Source: a virus (lineage: Duplodnaviria > Caudoviricetes). From it: 50,179 nucleotides of DNA. Below, piece by piece: positions 46,265 through 50,179 of the stretch. The notes below the pieces were generated by a model. It was not told where the DNA came from and ran no database searches. It worked only from the letters and a program-made list of their open reading frames with translations. Position 1 is the first letter of the stretch, and the number at the start of each line of letters is the position of its first letter. The translations under genes were made by a program, and so were the position numbers. The DNA is taken from the IMG/VR virus record IMGVR_UViG_3300043652_000004, positions 1 to 50,179 of that record; one strand, 5' to 3'.

Positions 46265-47113
46265 TTAAATTCCGGGGTACAGCGACCTTGGTTTGCCTTC
46301 TCCCAGCCGTACTCTTTCGTACTTGTCGAACTCACACAAACAGTTCTGCAAGTCCTGGGCGTGTATCAGCTTTAGGTTCGGCGGCAGCTTGTCGTATACC
46401 TGCCTATGCACATAGTCCAAATGCTCCTTCCACTCTGCATCGTTCCAGTGCTGGTCTACCTCGCGCCCCATTACACGGTTTAAGCCCCGCCGGCTACCCG
46501 GCCCGCTTATGGCCCACGTTGCCCAGTCTTCAGCGTCCATTAATATCTTGGTCGCGTACTTGGTGTCTGCAATCATTTGGCCGACCATAAACCGGCCTTG
46601 GTTCTTAACCGCCACAACGCGCGCGGCGAAGCTGGCCAGTGTATCGCCTTTTCGTGGGCGTAGCTTGGCTCTATCCCGCCACAACGGCGTTAAAACATCG
46701 TCTGCTATAAAACAGGCTTTGTCCTTTTTATTCCCTTGCGTGCCGATCATGTACGCCCCAGTCCACACTTTCTCGCCCCTTGCCTGTCTGCTCTTGCAGG
46801 CTTCGATAAATCTGTGGGGCTTCCACGGTACCGGGTAGCCGATCTCGGCTAATGTGTCTGGGTGGTTATTCCACCTTGCTACCGCCATGGCGAACCAAAG
46901 GTCGGGTTCTAGTGCGTGCGGGCCGCGCCAGTTATCGCTAATCCATATAGTTACCTTGTCGTTTTCGCGGAATACGTTGCAGAATCTGTACCGCTGTAGT
47001 ATCGGGTCCTTAGTCCAGGGCTTTGCCTTGCCCGACGCGCGCGCCAAGTAAACGCCGTGGCGTGCTTTTATGAATTGGAACAGCCGCTTTATACCCTCGT
47101 CGATCTTGTTCAT
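46265..47113 (-). CDS. aGPT-Pplase1 family / 5-hmdU DNA kinase
   Basis: PWTKDPIL..YRFCNVFRE.D, GPGSRRGL, QNCLCEFDKYER. Confidence 0.88.
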   Translation of the reverse strand: MNKIDEGIKRLFQFIKARHGVYLARASGKAKPWTKDPILQRYRFCNVFRENDKVTIWISDNWRGPHALEPDLWFAMAVARWNNHPDTLAEIGYPVPWKPHRFIEACKSRQARGEKVWTGAYMIGTQGNKKDKACFIADDVLTPLWRDRAKLRPRKGDTLASFAARVVAVKNQGRFMVGQMIADTKYATKILMDAEDWATWAISGPGSRRGLNRVMGREVDQHWNDAEWKEHLDYVHRQVYDKLPPNLKLIHAQDLQNCLCEFDKYERVRLGEGKPRSLYPGI

Positions 47114-47676
47114 TACTTTGCTCCTCGTTTCAGGTACTTCAGTGTTTGTTCTAGGGCTTTCGTATGGTCGATATCCACAACATTAAAGCCCTCGCGCTTT
47201 GCCTTGGCGTAATTCCACTCTACGCGCTGGTAGTCGTCGATAACGTTTTGTTCTTTGAATGGCTTGGTATTTCCCCGTTCGGCGCGGCGGGCGTGTACGC
47301 GCTGCAAGCACACTTCCAATGGGGTATCCAGGTACGCCATTACCAACCTGTTCCCATACTTCTTTGTGGCCGCACCTACCGTGCCAAGGCAGTGCGATAT
47401 GAACAACCCCTCGTAGAACACAATGGGGTGCTTGTCGCAGTACCGCACTATTATCTCAGCAGCTTGTATGATGTCGGTGATTGTATCCATGCCACCGCAC
47501 ATGGTTGCATAGCTGCCAAGTATCACTAAGGGCTTGCCGTGCAACGTGCCCTTGTAAGCTTCTACCTTGTTACGCTTGCCGCGCCATGCAAAGGGCGATG
47601 CCTTGGACTTGCCGATAAGATTATGCGCCACGTAGCTTTTACCACTGCCGTTCGTACCGCGTAGGTTGAATATCAT
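47113..47676 (-). CDS. P-loop nucleotide kinase associated with T-modification clusters
   Basis: NLRGTNGSGKS, GSY...CGG.D, EGL, LDTPLEVCL.RV..RR. Confidence 0.85.
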   Translation of the reverse strand: MIFNLRGTNGSGKSYVAHNLIGKSKASPFAWRGKRNKVEAYKGTLHGKPLVILGSYATMCGGMDTITDIIQAAEIIVRYCDKHPIVFYEGLFISHCLGTVGAATKKYGNRLVMAYLDTPLEVCLQRVHARRAERGNTKPFKEQNVIDDYQRVEWNYAKAKREGFNVVDIDHTKALEQTLKYLKRGAK

Positions 47677-48353
47677 TTGTCTCTCCTAGCTAAAATTCTG
47701 GGTAGCTCGTTGGTCGTGGTACGGAACCCACTGCGATGCAGCGGTCGGGTCGTGTAGTACGCCGGTGTATTCCACAAAGCTGTTCTGCCCATAAGCAGCG
47801 GGCATGGATACCGCCCATTCTTGTATATGGCTATGTCCCTATGCCACTTCGGCGTGCCGTCGCTGTAAGTTTCTAGGTGGCGTACATGGCCTACGGGTTC
47901 TACATAATTTGCCGGGATGTACATTTCTGGGCCGTGTAGCGTGCGCTTCGGCACATAGATATCGCCCAACGGGTTCTTTGTAGTCAACTTCGGCAGTGCG
48001 ATACGGCCAAGGTGCATGGCAAGGTCATAATTATTCTCGAACGCCATACTCACCTGCGCGATGTACAGCAGATAACTCTGGCCATCGCCCACTGCCGCCT
48101 TTGGCAAGAATCCTGCGAACCACACACCTGCCCAGTCTGCAGGCTTGCGCGTAGTACGCAGATAATGCTTGCAGGTAGTTAAAGTCATTACGCTGCCCTG
48201 CCAATTCGGGCCGCTGCGAGTCTGCATTACATTGCGGCCATCGTAGTAGACTTCGTGGTGAGGATAGCAGTACACCGTCTGGTCGGGCGGCAGTTTTGGC
48301 AACGCGCCGTTGTAAGTGTAGAACGACCCTCGCTGTATCGGTTGATGTATCAC
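47673..48353 (-). CDS. Nmad2-like (nucleotide modification associated domain 2) protein
   Basis: SGPNWQG...TLTTCKHYLR, LLYIAQV, GDIY resemble the Nmad2 APN...TL.TCK..IR...GD.IY pattern. Confidence 0.65.
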   Translation of the reverse strand: MIHQPIQRGSFYTYNGALPKLPPDQTVYCYPHHEVYYDGRNVMQTRSGPNWQGSVMTLTTCKHYLRTTRKPADWAGVWFAGFLPKAAVGDGQSYLLYIAQVSMAFENNYDLAMHLGRIALPKLTTKNPLGDIYVPKRTLHGPEMYIPANYVEPVGHVRHLETYSDGTPKWHRDIAIYKNGRYPCPLLMGRTALWNTPAYYTTRPLHRSGFRTTTNELPRILARRDK

Positions 48354-49828
48354 TTAGTTCTCCTCGCTCGATAAGTTTTCATAGCATCCAAAAACGCCTT
48401 TTGCCGTTTGTCTTTTACCGACAGCATCGCCCGCTTTGCTACGTCTACCGTGCCCTTTGCCAATATGCGCGCCGCGAATACGTGCGCATTCGTGTTGCCC
48501 GACCTACGCAACCGCCGATTAGTCTGGTCGTACACGTCGAAGTCGTCGGGTAGTGAGAACCACAACAGATGCTGCGCGTTGCTGCCTTGCAGGTTCAAGC
48601 CGTGGCCGATGCTCTGGGGCTGGCCCAGTAGTACAGGCAGGTCACCGGCGTTCCAGCTATTCTCCATTACCCTGCCCTGCGCCAGCGACGCATCCGACAG
48701 GCACGGCACGCCCGCGCCCAGCCGCTTGCGAATGCGTATAAGGTCGTGCTTAAACTGGAATAGCACAAGCGTGGGCTGGCCATTGCGCTCTGCCAGGTAT
48801 TCCTCCAACGCATCCAGCTTCGCGTCGTGCAGTTCCTCGAAGTCTAGCTTGCCGCGCCGCTGCATTACTTCTAGCGGCTGGGTATAGACTGCCCCATTAG
48901 CCATCTGCGCGCACTTTGTTCTTGCGGCTGCCGCCGTGGGCGCTTCTATACCTGTACCGCTTTCGAGTATTGCCACCAAGTCATCTTCCATCTCGGTGTA
49001 ACGCAGGTACTCCTTGGGCGGCATGTCTACCCATATATCCTGCTCTACCAGCTTCGGCATGTGTATGTAGTCTTCTGCTTCTAGCCGCAGCACGTAGGGC
49101 TTCACTGCTTTGTAGATCGCTTGCTCTGTTGCTTTGGTACTGCCCTTGTCGTCCTTTTTTAACGCCCATGTGAATCCTCCGAACCCGGTGGGGTCGAAGT
49201 ATTTCATACGGTAGTGCGTTATGTACTGGCCCAGTGCTCTACCCAAGTCGATTATGTACATCTGCCCGAACAGGTCCATCAGGTTCCGCGCAGCGGGTGA
49301 ACCGGTGAGTATAAGGCGTCGTCGAAACTTGGGAAGGTAAGGACGGAGTAGTTTGAATCGCTTGGTCTGGGTATTTTTGAACTTCGAGCTTTCGTCAATG
49401 ACAAGCATGTCCGCGTCGAGTAGCCTGAAACGTTGCTTTGTGAATAGCCACTCGATACTATCCGGATTAGTGATATAGACGTCGATGCTTTCATCTTCCA
49501 ATGCCTCGTCGGTCTTGCCCTTGCCGTGCAGTACGCGGTACTTTAGGTGACGAAAGTCTTGCCACTTCTCGATTTCTGCTGGCCATACGTTGTAGCAAAC
49601 GCGCAGCGGCGCAATTACCAGCATTCGCCGTACTGCACCCTCCTGTTGCAATACTTTGAATGCCCCCAGTGTGATGCTAGTTTTTCTTAGGCCGGGGTCT
49701 AGTAGTAGCCCGGCGCATGGGTGCTCTAGTACCCACTTCATTGCGCGCTTCATGTAGGGCAGTGGGTTCCAGGCGAGCCCAGAGTATGCGAAGCCCGACT
49801 TCTTTATCCTCGACGACGTGGTGGTCAT
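48350..49828 (-). CDS. SNF2-family helicase
   Basis: LDPGLRKT, IDESS, LTGSP, GHGLNLQ, QTNRRLRRSG; start uncertain. Confidence 0.9.
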   Translation of the reverse strand: MTTTSSRIKKSGFAYSGLAWNPLPYMKRAMKWVLEHPCAGLLLDPGLRKTSITLGAFKVLQQEGAVRRMLVIAPLRVCYNVWPAEIEKWQDFRHLKYRVLHGKGKTDEALEDESIDVYITNPDSIEWLFTKQRFRLLDADMLVIDESSKFKNTQTKRFKLLRPYLPKFRRRLILTGSPAARNLMDLFGQMYIIDLGRALGQYITHYRMKYFDPTGFGGFTWALKKDDKGSTKATEQAIYKAVKPYVLRLEAEDYIHMPKLVEQDIWVDMPPKEYLRYTEMEDDLVAILESGTGIEAPTAAAARTKCAQMANGAVYTQPLEVMQRRGKLDFEELHDAKLDALEEYLAERNGQPTLVLFQFKHDLIRIRKRLGAGVPCLSDASLAQGRVMENSWNAGDLPVLLGQPQSIGHGLNLQGSNAQHLLWFSLPDDFDVYDQTNRRLRRSGNTNAHVFAARILAKGTVDVAKRAMLSVKDKRQKAFLDAMKTYRARRTK

Positions 49829-50057
49829 ACTCCAGCTCCAAAAGTTCTTGGTGACGTTTTGCTTGCAACGGCGACGTTTTGCCGCCGGGCCGCTTGAACT
49901 CGATTATGCACGGCTTACCGCCGGGTACGAAGAAGATACGATCCTGCCAGCCTGCCGCCCACAGTGGGTTCACCTTTAGTACCTTGCAACCTAGGCTGCG
50001 TGCGTAGGCCACGCACGGATTTTCGACGCTGGCCTTTTCGCTGCGCTTATAGGGCAT
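49677..50057 (-). CDS. VRR-NUC nuclease
   Basis: E..C...A...G....K...GWQDR.......IEFKRPGG..SPLQ. Confidence 0.85.
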   Translation of the reverse strand: MPYKRSEKASVENPCVAYARSLGCKVLKVNPLWAAGWQDRIFFVPGGKPCIIEFKRPGGKTSPLQAKRHQELLELEYDHHVVEDKEVGLRILWARLEPTALHEARNEVGTRAPMRRATTRPRPKKN

Positions 50058-50153
50058 CGGGGTTCTCCACCTTTCGACAGAATAAATGCTTTACACCGGG
50101 GAATATCTCCAGTAAATCCTTCGTATCCTCGGGGGTAAGTGGCGCGTTTACTT

Positions 50154-50179
50154 TGATGGGGATGACCACGGGGAAGTCC
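50154..50179. repeat. Terminal direct repeat (copy 2)
   Basis: Identical to 1-26. Confidence 0.95.

Noticed and set aside
1-50179. Stop-codon recoding or restriction-site avoidance
   Set aside because: Long genes translate intact in the standard code, with all three stop codons used; k-mer bias cannot be quantified by eye

Overview
The window is an apparently complete, circularly permuted ~50.15 kb tailed-phage (siphovirus-type) genome. Bases 1-26 repeat at 50154-50179, and a 154-aa ORF reads through that junction. Almost all genes are on the minus strand. Modules: (i) replication (family A DNA polymerase, SSB-like protein, PD-(D/E)XK exonuclease, VRR-NUC, SNF2 helicase, primase-helicase, ATP-dependent ligase); (ii) a thymidine-modification cluster of the M6/YuA type (dUMP hydroxymethylase-like, aGPT-Pplase1/5-hmdU DNA kinase, P-loop kinase, HD hydrolase) with an Nmad2-like gene but no recognisable amino-acid:DNA transferase; (iii) terminase, portal, scaffold, capsid and a lambda-like tail (tube, G/GT frameshift, tape measure, M, L, K, I, J); (iv) lysis genes preceded by a signal-peptide-bearing beta-helix protein; (v) a ~2.6 kb control region with a DnaA-box cluster, a ~300 bp inverted repeat, operator-like palindromes and the only two plausible plus-strand genes. 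The most unusual structure is the tail-tip J gene, which is split by a ~3.7 kb cassette. The cassette encodes a small beta-rich protein plus an N-terminal extension (two Gly-rich domains, about 16 Ala/Thr repeats, an SxxK serine-hydrolase domain) fused to the J C-half, which ends in a Hint domain. No integrase, tRNA or CRISPR array was seen. All family assignments are from motif recognition by eye, not database searches.
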